In this document: positions 32,104 through 42,015 of the stretch, in pieces | Layout of the letters: the number at the start of each line of letters is the position of its first letter | How positions within the stretch are numbered: position 1 is the first letter of the stretch | Source of the DNA: Terriglobia bacterium | Lineage (GTDB): Bacteria > Acidobacteriota > UBA6911 | Length of the DNA stretch: 64,000 nt | Assembly: GCA_963739235.1 (NCBI GenBank) | Contig: CAVTZY010000033.1 | Span: 232,226 to 296,225, forward strand | Direction of reading: 5' to 3' | Program-made: the position numbers and the translations under genes | Notes under the pieces: model-generated | The model's database searches: none | The model's input: only the letters and a program-made list of their open reading frames with translations | Told to the model about the DNA's origin: nothing

Positions 32104-32263
32104 CTTAAAAAGACCATCAATTTTCATGCGTCGCCGCGTGCGCGCCACGCGCATGAGGGACTGCCTCGAAAATAACCGGCAATCAGGCCCCGGCCGCCGG
32201 ATGAGGCGTGGAATCGAATATGCCTGGAATCTGACCGCAGTGCGGCGCACGGCGCCCACGGGA

Positions 32264-33676
32264 CTATTTCTTTGCGGTTGTCGCTTTCAGCCACGCGGTT
32301 ACAGTGTCGAGAAACTCAGGCGCGAAGGCCTTTGGCAAGGATGCATATTCGCCGACCCCGCCGGTTCTTGCACCTTGATACAGGTGGTTCACGCCGGCAA
32401 TTATTTTTGCCACAGCGGCCTGGTTGCCCCCGCGTTCAAAGGCGGCGACCATCTCCTTGCGATTCATCTCGGCAGGCACCTGCACATCTTTTTCGCCGAA
32501 GAGAGCCAGCACCGGGCATGTCACCTTGGCCAGGACCGGAGCCGGATCATAGGTGAGAAAGTATTTGAACCATGGGGTTTTGACCCCGGCAATCTGTGCG
32601 GCCGCAGTCTTGGCGGCGAGAGCTTCGGCATCAGGAATTGCCTTCCGTTCCTCAACCTTCATCTTTGCGATCCTCGCAAGCACGGCGCGGCGAATCGCGG
32701 CATCAACCTCATCCCAGCCCTGATCCGTTTTGGCAGCCGCGAACATCATGCGCTGAATTTCACCATTTGCCTCGATGTCGGCCTCCGGTATGCCTGCGGT
32801 ACGCCCAACGAGGAAATTCTGCTCGAGCATGATTCGTTCCCCACTGAGCGACGGGCCCGACATGAGAACAATAAATGCCACATCGCGGGAGCGTGTGGCA
32901 GCCAGCGGCGCCACCAGGCCGCCTTCGCTGTGACCCAGAAGACCGATTCGCGCAGGATCGATTTCCTTGCGGGTTTTGAGGTAGGCGACAGCCGCCAGGA
33001 CGTCACCGGCAAAGTCCTCGCTGGTAGACTGGGCCAGATTGCCGGTGGACTTTCCCACGCCGCGGTCATCAAGACGGAGCACGGCAAAACCGTTGCGCGC
33101 GAGGTGATCCCCAAGCACCTTGAAGACCTTGAAGCCCAGGACATCCTCGTCACGATCCTGGGCGCCGCTGCCGGTGATAAACACAAGAGCAGGCAACGGA
33201 GTGCCGTTGGCAGGCAGCGACAGGGTGCCGCCAAGGGTAACGTCGCCGTTCTTGATCACAACTTCATCGGTCGCATACGGCAGCTTTTCGGCCGGCGGCG
33301 CCGACGCTGCCGCACCGCGTTTGATCGTGAACGTGCCTGCGGACGTCCCCTGCTGGAAAGTTCCGGTAATCATGTTGTCTTTGAGCGCACCCTCGAAAAC
33401 CGCCAGTCCAAGCCCCGCCGGCAGCTCAAAATGGACCTTCGGCGGCGCAAAACTGACATTTGTGAGCACCAGGGACTTCGCCCCCTGCTGCGGAATATCT
33501 ATGGTCGCAGCCAACCCCTGGGGAGCAGTCGTGAATGTCACTCCAATCGTCAGCTCAATCCCCTGTATCTCGATGGCCCCCTGCCATCTGCCATCCAGCT
33601 GCCCCTGGGAAAATCCCAGGAAAGCGCAAAGTATCCCGCAAGAAACGACCAACGCAGTCCGACTTATCTTCAACAT
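32264..33676 (-). CDS. secreted alpha/beta hydrolase
   Basis: Signal 'MLKISRTALVVSCGILCAFLGFSQG' and nucleophile elbow 'GHSEGG'. Start set at the ATG at 33676. Confidence 0.75.
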   Translation of the reverse strand: MLKISRTALVVSCGILCAFLGFSQGQLDGRWQGAIEIQGIELTIGVTFTTAPQGLAATIDIPQQGAKSLVLTNVSFAPPKVHFELPAGLGLAVFEGALKDNMITGTFQQGTSAGTFTIKRGAAASAPPAEKLPYATDEVVIKNGDVTLGGTLSLPANGTPLPALVFITGSGAQDRDEDVLGFKVFKVLGDHLARNGFAVLRLDDRGVGKSTGNLAQSTSEDFAGDVLAAVAYLKTRKEIDPARIGLLGHSEGGLVAPLAATRSRDVAFIVLMSGPSLSGERIMLEQNFLVGRTAGIPEADIEANGEIQRMMFAAAKTDQGWDEVDAAIRRAVLARIAKMKVEERKAIPDAEALAAKTAAAQIAGVKTPWFKYFLTYDPAPVLAKVTCPVLALFGEKDVQVPAEMNRKEMVAAFERGGNQAAVAKIIAGVNHLYQGARTGGVGEYASLPKAFAPEFLDTVTAWLKATTAKK

Positions 33677-33740
33677 GATGCCCCCCAGTAAGAATTGACG
33701 ATTGACGAGTGACATAGAACTTGCGTCAACTGTAAATCCC

Positions 33741-34865
33741 CTATCCCTTCACGACGGCCGCCACCGCAAGTGCGAGTATCAAGCCGATGAATCCAAGAAA
33801 AAATGCCACGGCTTTCCAGTTGCCGAAATTGAGCGTGTAACCGAAGCCGAATCGGCGTTCGACGAAAATGGATGGATCGTCCCGGTTGACGTAAAATACG
33901 CCAAGTACCCAATATCGGTTGTCCGCGAGGCCATTCGTGAGCGGGGCGTTGCCGGCACTGCGTTCCAGGCGAGCGCCGCCCTGCCCATAGTGCAGGGCAA
34001 GATAGAGTGTGCCGCCTATCGCCAGCACGCCTAAGCCGATGCTGAACACCATCATGAGCAGCGACAGACTCTCCTCCAGGCCCAGGCCCACGCGGATTGA
34101 GCCGACCGATCCCACAACCAGCATAGCCACGACAGCGAGCGCAATGCAGCTCAGAAATCGTGTGATCGCCTGCCTGAAGCGCATCTGCGCCTCAATCGAA
34201 ATCTGCGTCTGAGGGAACCGGATCGCGCGCTTCGCCCTGCCGACCAGCAGCGCCATGATCCCCATGCCGACACCCATAACAAGCGTGAGAAGCGGCAGCA
34301 GCATCACTGTCCAAAATGATTTCGGCCGCCACACGTCGGGCTTGCCGCTGGGACCAAAGTGGGTGGGCACTTGAGCCGGAAGGTCCGCATAGTGCATCGC
34401 AGCATAGCTGACTGCAAAGATGCCGCAGAGAATGCCCGCCATAAGGACCAGGATCGGAAACGTCAATGGGGTTTCCGGTGCACCCAAAACCGCCACGGCA
34501 GGAGGCGGCAGTCCAGGAGCCGCCATGGTGCGCGCACGAAAATAGGCCCGCAGGAAGAGCCCCACAGTGCCCATCGTGAGTACCAGCGGAGAGATCGCCA
34601 CCACCCTCGCGGCTACGACCGGATTGGGGTTTCGAAGGAAGAAGGCCAGACCCAGGCCGAAGCTGACCACGGTTACGAGGACGACGCCGAGCTGCCAGCT
34701 TTTAGTGATCAGCCGTGCATCCTCACCGTCCCATCGCTCCTCGCCCACGTAGACGCCGAAGAGCAGTCCTCGTCGTGCGATACGCGGATAAAGCAGGGTG
34801 AGTCCGCCGATCACCAGGGCCTCAACCAGAATCACAAAAATGAATCCATTTGTAGCCACGGTCAC
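33741..34865 (-). CDS. DUF1648/DUF5808-type integral membrane protein
   Basis: 374-aa multi-TM ORF with 'PTHFGPSGKPDVW' and C-terminal 'VNRDDPSIFVERRFGFGYTLNFGN'. Downstream of a GntR regulator. Confidence 0.6.
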   Translation of the reverse strand: MTVATNGFIFVILVEALVIGGLTLLYPRIARRGLLFGVYVGEERWDGEDARLITKSWQLGVVLVTVVSFGLGLAFFLRNPNPVVAARVVAISPLVLTMGTVGLFLRAYFRARTMAAPGLPPPAVAVLGAPETPLTFPILVLMAGILCGIFAVSYAAMHYADLPAQVPTHFGPSGKPDVWRPKSFWTVMLLPLLTLVMGVGMGIMALLVGRAKRAIRFPQTQISIEAQMRFRQAITRFLSCIALAVVAMLVVGSVGSIRVGLGLEESLSLLMMVFSIGLGVLAIGGTLYLALHYGQGGARLERSAGNAPLTNGLADNRYWVLGVFYVNRDDPSIFVERRFGFGYTLNFGNWKAVAFFLGFIGLILALAVAAVVKG

Positions 34866-34874
34866 TCCCGCTGA

Positions 34875-35282
34875 TTACTTTGCATTGCGAGCGTCCAGGC
34901 CCGCCAATTCACGTTCGAAGCGGCGTCGCAACTCTGCGACACTCAATCCCGCCTGCCTCATACGCGCGAGCACAACACCCAGTTCTTCAATCAGTCCTTC
35001 GATGACGGCCCGGTCGGCGCTTTGCGCCGGCGGCGCAACCGTAACCCCCGCGCGATCTCGGATCAACACGAACCGCTCCTCTTCAAGGATGCGATATGCC
35101 CGCGCCACAGTGTTGAGATTGACTCCCAGATCCGACGCAACGGACCTGACCGAAGGGAGCACCGCGCCCACAGGCAGCTCGCCGGAAGCGATCCGCGCAC
35201 GGATCTGGCGCGCAATCTGGGCGTAGACCGGCTCCTCTGAACTCCAATCCACCATAATCACGGGCATCATCAACTCTGGCAT
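34875..35282 (-). CDS. GntR-family (YtrA-like) transcriptional regulator
   Basis: Winged-helix 'PVYAQIARQIRARIASGELPVGAVLPSVRSVASDLGVNLNTVARAYRIL'. The true start may be the internal Met at 35255. Confidence 0.8.
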   Translation of the reverse strand: MPELMMPVIMVDWSSEEPVYAQIARQIRARIASGELPVGAVLPSVRSVASDLGVNLNTVARAYRILEEERFVLIRDRAGVTVAPPAQSADRAVIEGLIEELGVVLARMRQAGLSVAELRRRFERELAGLDARNAK

Positions 35283-35395
35283 GTTTGCAGTGTATACCTA
35301 TTAGTATACAGATGCAAGAACAATCTGCGGCTACATGATGGGAAATTGGAGGCAATCGATATAGGCATCCTGGAAACCAGTCTCAAAGGCGAGCG

Positions 35396-36811
35396 CTACA
35401 TGCTCGATCGGGGGAGGGGATGAGGGGTCGGGGAGAGCAGCAGCATTTTGGCTCCCCGCAGAGCCGTGTTGCCGGCAGCGGTAATTTTGCAGGGTGCCAC
35501 CTCGAGCAGCCCGATGCGCACTGCGCTATCGAGGCGGACGTAATTGCCGAAGGCTCCCGCGAGATGTACAACCTCGATGTCGTCGCGAGCGGTCCCCCAG
35601 CGCCGGAGCAGCAGGCGCAAGCCTGAGGCGATGGCGGCTTTCGCCAGTTGCAACTCGCGGATATCGTTCTGGGTAAGCAGCACCGGACCGGAAAGAGAGA
35701 ATTCGCGCGCCCCGTGCGCGAGCTGCCCGCTCGATAGGATGGCGTTCATTTCGAGCCCGGCAGCCACAGCGTCCACAAGCCCGCTGCCGCAGATACCGCG
35801 CGGCGGCGTGTCGCCGATGACATGGCATTCGAGCGTCTGATCACGGAGAAACACGTGGCTGATGGCGCCGCTGGCGGCGCGCATGCCCATTTGGATCGAA
35901 GCGGCTTCAAATGCGGGGCCGGCCGCGGTCGAAGCGCATAGGATCCGGTCACGGTTCCCTAGAACGATTTCACCATTGGTGCCGAGATCGATGAGGACGC
36001 GCAGACGGTCGGCGCCGGCAAGATCGACAGCGCCGATGCCCGCGAGGATGTCGGAGCCGACGAATCCGCCCACGCAGCGCACGAATTGGATCCGGCAGGA
36101 AGCCGGCAGGCTCCAGCCGAGCTGCTCCGCCGAGAAGCTCTGCTCGCCGGCATCGCCGGGCACGAAGGGCGCATGAGAAAGCGGCTCGACATCAATGCCG
36201 GCAAACAGGTGATGCATCACCGTGTTGCCGACCAATACGATTTCGCTGATCTCCGCCGATCGGTTGCCGGCAAGCCCTGTGACCATGCCGCCGATCGCGT
36301 CCCGGATCATTGGCGTCAGCGCCGGGTTCGACATTGCGAAAAGAACGCGGCTCATTACGTCAGCGCCGTGCGCACATTGCGGATTCAGCGCCGTGCGCAC
36401 GGCGAGCACTTCGCCTGAGGCCAGGTCCAGAAGCTGTGCGGCGATCGTCGTCGTCCCCACATCGATGGCAATTCCGAACCCGGTACGAAATCCGCCTGCG
36501 AGTTGGGTCGCGTCAACCAGGACCGGCGTGATCCACTGTCCGATCTCGAGTTTCAGCGACGTTTCGACACGCGCGCGGCAAGCGAGCCGCCAGCCTTGCG
36601 CCAATTCATTCTCGCTGAAGACGTATTGGTCTTCGATGAGCGCCGGCAGCATGCCTTCCACGACCCGCACCCTGCAGCCGCCGCACAGATCGCATCCCCC
36701 ACACGGAAACTCGACGCCATAGGCGGCCAGAACATCCGCAAATGCCGATCCGCGCGCAACCTCGATGCGCGTTCCCAGAGGCAACAGTTCAATCTGAACG
36801 GTATCGCTCAT
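35396..36811 (-). CDS. 2Fe-2S ferredoxin domain fused to an ASKHA-fold (DUF4445, RACo-like) protein
   Basis: 'CGGCDLCGGCRV' plant-type ferredoxin Cys pattern, then 'GIAIDVGTTTIAAQL' and 'LIDLGTNGEIVLG' actin-like ATPase phosphate motifs. Confidence 0.7.
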   Translation of the reverse strand: MSDTVQIELLPLGTRIEVARGSAFADVLAAYGVEFPCGGCDLCGGCRVRVVEGMLPALIEDQYVFSENELAQGWRLACRARVETSLKLEIGQWITPVLVDATQLAGGFRTGFGIAIDVGTTTIAAQLLDLASGEVLAVRTALNPQCAHGADVMSRVLFAMSNPALTPMIRDAIGGMVTGLAGNRSAEISEIVLVGNTVMHHLFAGIDVEPLSHAPFVPGDAGEQSFSAEQLGWSLPASCRIQFVRCVGGFVGSDILAGIGAVDLAGADRLRVLIDLGTNGEIVLGNRDRILCASTAAGPAFEAASIQMGMRAASGAISHVFLRDQTLECHVIGDTPPRGICGSGLVDAVAAGLEMNAILSSGQLAHGAREFSLSGPVLLTQNDIRELQLAKAAIASGLRLLLRRWGTARDDIEVVHLAGAFGNYVRLDSAVRIGLLEVAPCKITAAGNTALRGAKMLLLSPTPHPLPRSSM

Positions 36812-36892
36812 GCGCCCATTCTGCCACACGACCCGGCTGCTGCCCACTCAAACCGCGAATAAAGGGCAGCGGAAAAATCTTAACGCAGTCTC

Positions 36893-37305
36893 CCATGCGC
36901 CGGGGCGCACCCAGTGACGCATGAAAAGCACAGCCGTTGCGCGAAGTGCCTTGGAGTGCGGCGGCATGACGCCGCTTTGTCAGGCTTCAAAGCGGCGTCA
37001 TCCCGCCGCACTCCAAAGGCTCCGCCTATTTTCGGAGCAGTCCTTCATGCGCCTAGGGCACACCCATGACGCCCGAAAATGTTGCGCTCTCGCCGCAGGT
37101 TTCCTGTGCCGCCCTTTCAGGGCTCTTACCGCCCGATTCCCGCTTCCCAGGGCTCACGCCCTAGGCTCTGCTGCTCCACCCCTTTGGGGTTTTCAAGGTC
37201 GTGCAATGCTTAGTCCTGAAAGGGCGGGACAGCAAAGCCCAGGGCGTGAGCCCTGGGTAGAGAACCGGAGATCGCAAGCCCTGAAAGGGCGGCACAGAAC
37301 ACACC
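36893..37305. repeat. Family-B palindromic repeat, copy 3 (inverted), plus a 29-bp-stem hairpin module
   Basis: Contains 'gccctttcagggc' and 'gccctgaaagggc' blocks. A near-perfect hairpin spans 36951-37016 ('ttggagtgcggcggcatgacgccgctttg' / 'caaagcggcgtcatcccgccgcactccaa'). Confidence 0.8.
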
Positions 37306-37334
37306 TGTGGTTCGGCACCGCAATCGGTTCTATT

Positions 37335-37457
37335 TTCGAAGCAGAGGCCGCTGAAAAAAGCCAGAGACCGCGGAGGTTTTATGGAAGGACGACTGCAAAC
37401 CAGCCAACTCTCTGCGACCTCTGGTTATTCTCTGCGGCCTCTGCGTTGGGCTTTTAC
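37335..37457. repeat. inverted-repeat element ('gcagaggccgc...ccgcggag' / 'ctctgcgacc...gcggcctctgc')
   Basis: Arms are visible directly. The motif type is related to the core of the 5556-5795 element. Confidence 0.6.
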
Positions 37458-37489
37458 TATCCCGATTACAAGCAGGCACTTGGCCGCCG

Positions 37490-38986
37490 CTACTTTTCGC
37501 CGGTGAGAGGGAACAATGCGGATTTCGTGTGCGCGCTGTTCATGATACCGGCCAGCAGGCTTGCCGTCTTTAGATTCCTCCCCGCAATATCCACCCGCTC
37601 GGCTTCGTCCGTCGCAAGGTCGTATACTTCGATCGGTTCGGCAGGGTGAGGGCGCACGGCCTTCCATTGACCCATGCGCACTGCCTGATACTGCTTCGCG
37701 TATTCCCAATAGAGGTATTCATGCTGTTTCTGCAATTTGTCGTTCCCCAGCAGGGCAGGCAGAATCGGAATACCATCCGGATCCGCCGGCGGTCTATTGC
37801 CCAGCAAATCCGCAAAGGTGGGCAGAAAATCCCAGGACGCGCAGACAAGGGAATTGACGGTGCCGGCAGCGACCGTGCCCGGCCAGCGTGCGATCAAAGG
37901 CACGCGGATGCCGCCCTCGTAAAGAGTCGCCTTCTGCCCGCGCAGCGCACCGTTGCTTTCAAAAAAGCTCGTGTCGGCGCCTCCGCCCCCGGTCGCGGTC
38001 GCACCGTTATCACTGGTGAAGAGGACCAGCGTGTTCTCGTCCAAGCGCAGTTCGCGCAGCAGGTCCATGATCCTGCCGACGCCTCGGTCCAGCCTGCTGA
38101 TCATTCCTGCATAGGTCGCACGCGGCATTCGATTCGGCAGAGAGCCGCTCTCGCCTTTGTAGGGTGTTTCGGGGAAAGCGCCTTCGTATTCCTTCACGGA
38201 ATCCTCCGGGACTTGCAAGGCCAGATGAGGGATCGTCGGCGTGAAATAGAGGAAAAACAGGTTGCCTTGATTGGCGCGAATGAAATTGAGGGCATCGTCC
38301 AGCATCACGTCGAATGAGTACTGCTTGCCCAGGTACGGCGCGTACGATCCGGAATCGTTCGGATCCTTGTCGGCCGGCAGTTTCTGGTGGGGGCTGAAGT
38401 ATGTGTTCTCCAGCGGTTCTTTTTTTACCTCGCGCCACAAGTGGTCAGGATAGTAATTGTGAGCCTGACGCTGGCAGAGGTATCCATAGAAGTGATCAAA
38501 GCTGAGCAGGTTCGGTTGTCCTGCCGTACCGGGGCCCCCGAGGCCCCACTTGCCGATGCATGCGGTTTTAAAACCGGCGCGTTGAAACAGCGTCCCGAGC
38601 GTAAACGTTCCCGCCGCCAAAGGTCGCTGTCCTTCAATTTCAGGGTGCTGCCAGACATCCGTTCCGGGCGGAGCCATCTCATCATTATCGCGGATGTAGG
38701 CGTGGCCCGTATGTTTGCCGGTCAGCAGCGCGCATCGGGACGGCGCACAAACCGGGCTGCCGGAGTAGTGCTGCGCGAAGCGCATACCTTCGCGCGCCAG
38801 CCGGTCGATGTTGGGTGTCCTGATCTTTTTCTGGCCGAAACAGCCAAGTTCTCCATAGCCCAGGTCATCCGCCAGGATGATGATCACGTTGGGCCTCCTG
38901 GGATCGCTCCTCAGGAAAGAACGGGAAAGCGTGAGTGCGAGCCCACCCGTGCCGACCAGTTCAAGGAATTTGCGTCGGTTCTGCAT
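37490..38986 (-). CDS. secreted arylsulfatase-family (formylglycine-dependent) sulfatase
   Basis: 'CAPSRCALLTGKH' C-x-P-x-R motif. N-terminal 'MQNRRKFLELVGTGGLALTL' signal. Confidence 0.88.
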   Translation of the reverse strand: MQNRRKFLELVGTGGLALTLSRSFLRSDPRRPNVIIILADDLGYGELGCFGQKKIRTPNIDRLAREGMRFAQHYSGSPVCAPSRCALLTGKHTGHAYIRDNDEMAPPGTDVWQHPEIEGQRPLAAGTFTLGTLFQRAGFKTACIGKWGLGGPGTAGQPNLLSFDHFYGYLCQRQAHNYYPDHLWREVKKEPLENTYFSPHQKLPADKDPNDSGSYAPYLGKQYSFDVMLDDALNFIRANQGNLFFLYFTPTIPHLALQVPEDSVKEYEGAFPETPYKGESGSLPNRMPRATYAGMISRLDRGVGRIMDLLRELRLDENTLVLFTSDNGATATGGGGADTSFFESNGALRGQKATLYEGGIRVPLIARWPGTVAAGTVNSLVCASWDFLPTFADLLGNRPPADPDGIPILPALLGNDKLQKQHEYLYWEYAKQYQAVRMGQWKAVRPHPAEPIEVYDLATDEAERVDIAGRNLKTASLLAGIMNSAHTKSALFPLTGEK

Positions 38987-39278
38987 GCGTCCTCCTTGTC
39001 AGGGTCATCCAAAAGACCATCGTCACAAGAATGCATAATCGTATTTCGGGATCTGTCATGAGATGAGCCACCAGGACCTTCTTGAAAATGTATGGTTCTC
39101 GGACTTCATGGCCCAGCGACGATGTGAGCGGAGTATATCCCAGCCTGGAAACGATCGGCAACAAGTCTGCAAGCGGGCTCCCACCGTCTTTCCCGCCCTG
39201 CCTTGAATTCGCTATATACGCCGGGGCGGCATTCAGTGTAAGAATATGAAGCAAAACCACAGGAAGAAAGGAAGGCAT

Positions 39279-40034
39279 ATGGTAGACACCGCGATGGACT
39301 CCACCCAGGAAGCTCCAACGATGAGTTTCGGTCAGAGGCTTTCGGGTATATTTTTTGAACCGACCAAAACGTTCATGGACATAGACAGGAAAGCTTCCTG
39401 GGTAGGAATCTTTCTCATTATGGCGATTCTGGGCATGGGGCTCGCTTATAGCATGGTGAGCCATATGGATACTGAGGCTCTCATGCGCCAGCAAATGGCG
39501 GCGCGAAACATGTCGGAGGAACAGATCAATCAGGCAGTTGCGGCCCAGCAGTCGAGTTCCATCATCCGCAATCTCAAATACCTGGGGGTGATCATCGCTC
39601 CGATAGCGCAGATTGTTTCTTTTCTCGTGATAGCCGGGGTGTTTCTGCTGGTCTTTGTCCTCATGGGCGCCCCACTGACCTTCAAGAAGACATTTGCGGC
39701 AACCATTTGGGGGATGTCCCCCGCGGGCATAGTCATGTCGATCCTCTCGATCGCACTGATCTATATCAAAAATCCTGAGACCATTGACATGACCCAGGGT
39801 GTCGTGATGAGCAATCTGGGCCCGCTGGTAAACAGCAAGACGAATCCGGTTCTTGCCAGCCTGCTTGGCTCACTCGACATATTCTCCCTCTGGTCGATTG
39901 TGATGCTGTCGATAGGATTTGCGGCAATATCCAAGAAGAAGCTTACGCCCCAGAAAGCCGCAGTCGGAGTCGTAACTCTCTGGGTGATTCTTGTCCTGGG
40001 AAAAGCGGGATGGCGTGCCATTTTCCCACAGTAG
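39279..40034 (+). CDS. Yip1-family integral membrane protein
   Basis: About 250 aa with 5 TM segments. N-terminal 'FGQRLSGIFFEPTKTFMDI' is typical of YIP1-domain proteins. Start set at the ATG at 39279. Confidence 0.6.
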   Translation: MVDTAMDSTQEAPTMSFGQRLSGIFFEPTKTFMDIDRKASWVGIFLIMAILGMGLAYSMVSHMDTEALMRQQMAARNMSEEQINQAVAAQQSSSIIRNLKYLGVIIAPIAQIVSFLVIAGVFLLVFVLMGAPLTFKKTFAATIWGMSPAGIVMSILSIALIYIKNPETIDMTQGVVMSNLGPLVNSKTNPVLASLLGSLDIFSLWSIVMLSIGFAAISKKKLTPQKAAVGVVTLWVILVLGKAGWRAIFPQ

Positions 40035-40513
40035 CCTCAGACGAACCACCGGCTTAAACGGCAACAAGGCAAACCACAGGACGCTTGCCTCGGACACACT
40101 AGTGGCATGTAACATTTGAATTGACGGTATTAAGATTCCGGTCGGAGTCCATCCCTCGGCTCACGATTGATGAACGTCCCAAGCCCCGAAAGGAGCGGCG
40201 CAGCTTTCAGTACAGCTTTAACTGTGTCGAAACTTTCAGGGCTCTCACCTGGATCGGATGCAACCCAGGGCTGTGCCGGGCATCGCCGCCTCCGCCCTGG
40301 GCTTTCCTGTACCGCGCTTTCAGCGCTTCCATTCATTGGTTGACACACTATCAATTCAGCTGTTACAGGCCACTAGCCATCTGCCGCCGGAGCAGCAGTA
40401 TCTTTCGGATCTCACGGCCAGAGGCCGTGGTTTACCTGAACGAAATTGCCAGACGGATTTCACCCGTCATCCGTACTTTGTGATTCACCATTCCGACCCC
40501 AGATCGTGCCGGC

Positions 40514-41494
40514 TCACTCTGTGGAAGGAAGGAAAAGGCTGGCGGCGCCGAATATTCCCACGTCCTTCTTGAGCTTGGCAGGCACAATCGGCAGCGAGGG
40601 CACGAATGCGCGATTGACTGTATAACTGGGGATTGTCTCGCGGATTTTGTCAAACAAAGGCTTCCCGATCTGGGAAACACCGCCTCCAATCACGATCGCT
40701 TCGGGATCAAGCAACGAGATCATTCCGCCCAGCCACACGCCGAGTAAGAATCCGGTCTCGTCGAGGATCGATCCGGCAATGCGGTCTTTGCGCTTCGCGG
40801 CCTCGCCGATCATTTTGGGATCGATCTTAGACAAATCGCCGCCGGTCAGGGTGCGCAGGAGACTTGGCGTACGATCTTCCTGTTCCAACAATACCCGGGC
40901 GCGCCGCGCCATGCTGGGCCCGGAAGCCAGGGATTCGATGCAGCCCCGTGTGCCGCAGCCGCAGAGGTAGGGACTTCGATAGTCAACCGGGACATGTCCG
41001 CCTTCCCCTGCAACACCGTTTTTCCCGTGGTAGATTTTCCCGTCGATGATTATGCCCGTTCCAATACCGGTGCTGACCGTCACGTAGAAGACATCCCGAT
41101 AGCCGACCGCAGCCCCAAACAAGGCTTCGGCGAGCCCAGCGGCATTGGCGTCATTTTCCAGAAGAGCCGGCAGATCGAACCGCTCCCGTACCAACCGGGC
41201 GAGCGACACGTTACGCCATGCCGGCATGTTGGGCGGAGTGAACACCACGCCGGTCTTTGGATTCAGCGGGCCAGGAGCGCACATGCCAATGCCCCGCACG
41301 TTTTCCTTGCCTCCAGCCTGTTTCACCAGGCGTTCAATCAGGCGGAAAACTTGCCCAAGGCTGGATTTCAAGTTCTTGTCTGCCAGCGTGGGCAACACCA
41401 GGGAGGTCAAAAGGCGCCCTTTGACATTTACCAGACCACCCGCGATTTTGGTGCCGCCAATATCGATCCCGATTGTCATCTTCTGCTTCGTCAT
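40514..41494 (-). CDS. glk: ROK-family glucokinase
   Basis: 'GIDIGGTKIAGG' and ROK zinc motif 'CGCGTRGCIE'. Start set at the ATG at 41494. Confidence 0.85.
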   Translation of the reverse strand: MTKQKMTIGIDIGGTKIAGGLVNVKGRLLTSLVLPTLADKNLKSSLGQVFRLIERLVKQAGGKENVRGIGMCAPGPLNPKTGVVFTPPNMPAWRNVSLARLVRERFDLPALLENDANAAGLAEALFGAAVGYRDVFYVTVSTGIGTGIIIDGKIYHGKNGVAGEGGHVPVDYRSPYLCGCGTRGCIESLASGPSMARRARVLLEQEDRTPSLLRTLTGGDLSKIDPKMIGEAAKRKDRIAGSILDETGFLLGVWLGGMISLLDPEAIVIGGGVSQIGKPLFDKIRETIPSYTVNRAFVPSLPIVPAKLKKDVGIFGAASLFLPSTE

Positions 41495-41724
41495 TGATTC
41501 GCCCTCCGGATTCCCTGCTGTTTCGCCGCCCAGCCGCTTTAAACCCGGCCACAGTGCCCACACTGTGAAAAACAGGTGATGAAGCCCAGCGATGGTACCA
41601 CGATTTCCCTCAGGTTCATGCAACCGATCACATCGTCGGAAGCTACAACACAACGTCCAGGTTCGTCACGGCTGGCAATCAAACATGACGAGGCAGCCTC
41701 AGTACCTGAATAACAGATATTTCT

Positions 41725-41915
41725 CTGTGACTCAGACAGTAAAAGGCAAAAGCGGCCACGAATGGCACAAATAGCCATAGCCGCAAAGAACAGACCTTCT
41801 TCGCAGGGCGCGCCGATGACCTGCGATTTTGCCTCCCACCCAGGGCGGCCTGTTCTCCTTTGGTGCTATTCGTGACATTCGTGGCAAGGTTTTTCCCCAC
41901 CGTCTGAATCCCTGG
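41725..41915. repeat. Family-A inverted-repeat element, copy 4 (diverged)
   Basis: 'ctgtgactcagacagtaaaaggcaaaagcggccacgaatggcacaaatag' ... 'ctattcgtgacattcgtggcaaggtttttcccc..cgtctgaatccctgg'. Confidence 0.75.
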
Positions 41916-42015
41916 AAATTTCCCGAAGATCTGGCTCGAATTGGTGGTATTCTCCACCTTTCCCAACGTCTGGCAAGCTGGCGATCCGATCCATGAATAG
42001 CGAAAGGCAGCGACG

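Noticed and set aside
38961-39494. 177-aa minus-strand ORF between the sulfatase and Yip1 genes
   Set aside because: It overlaps the well-supported Yip1-family gene start and the sulfatase start region. No motifs were recognised and its composition is odd.
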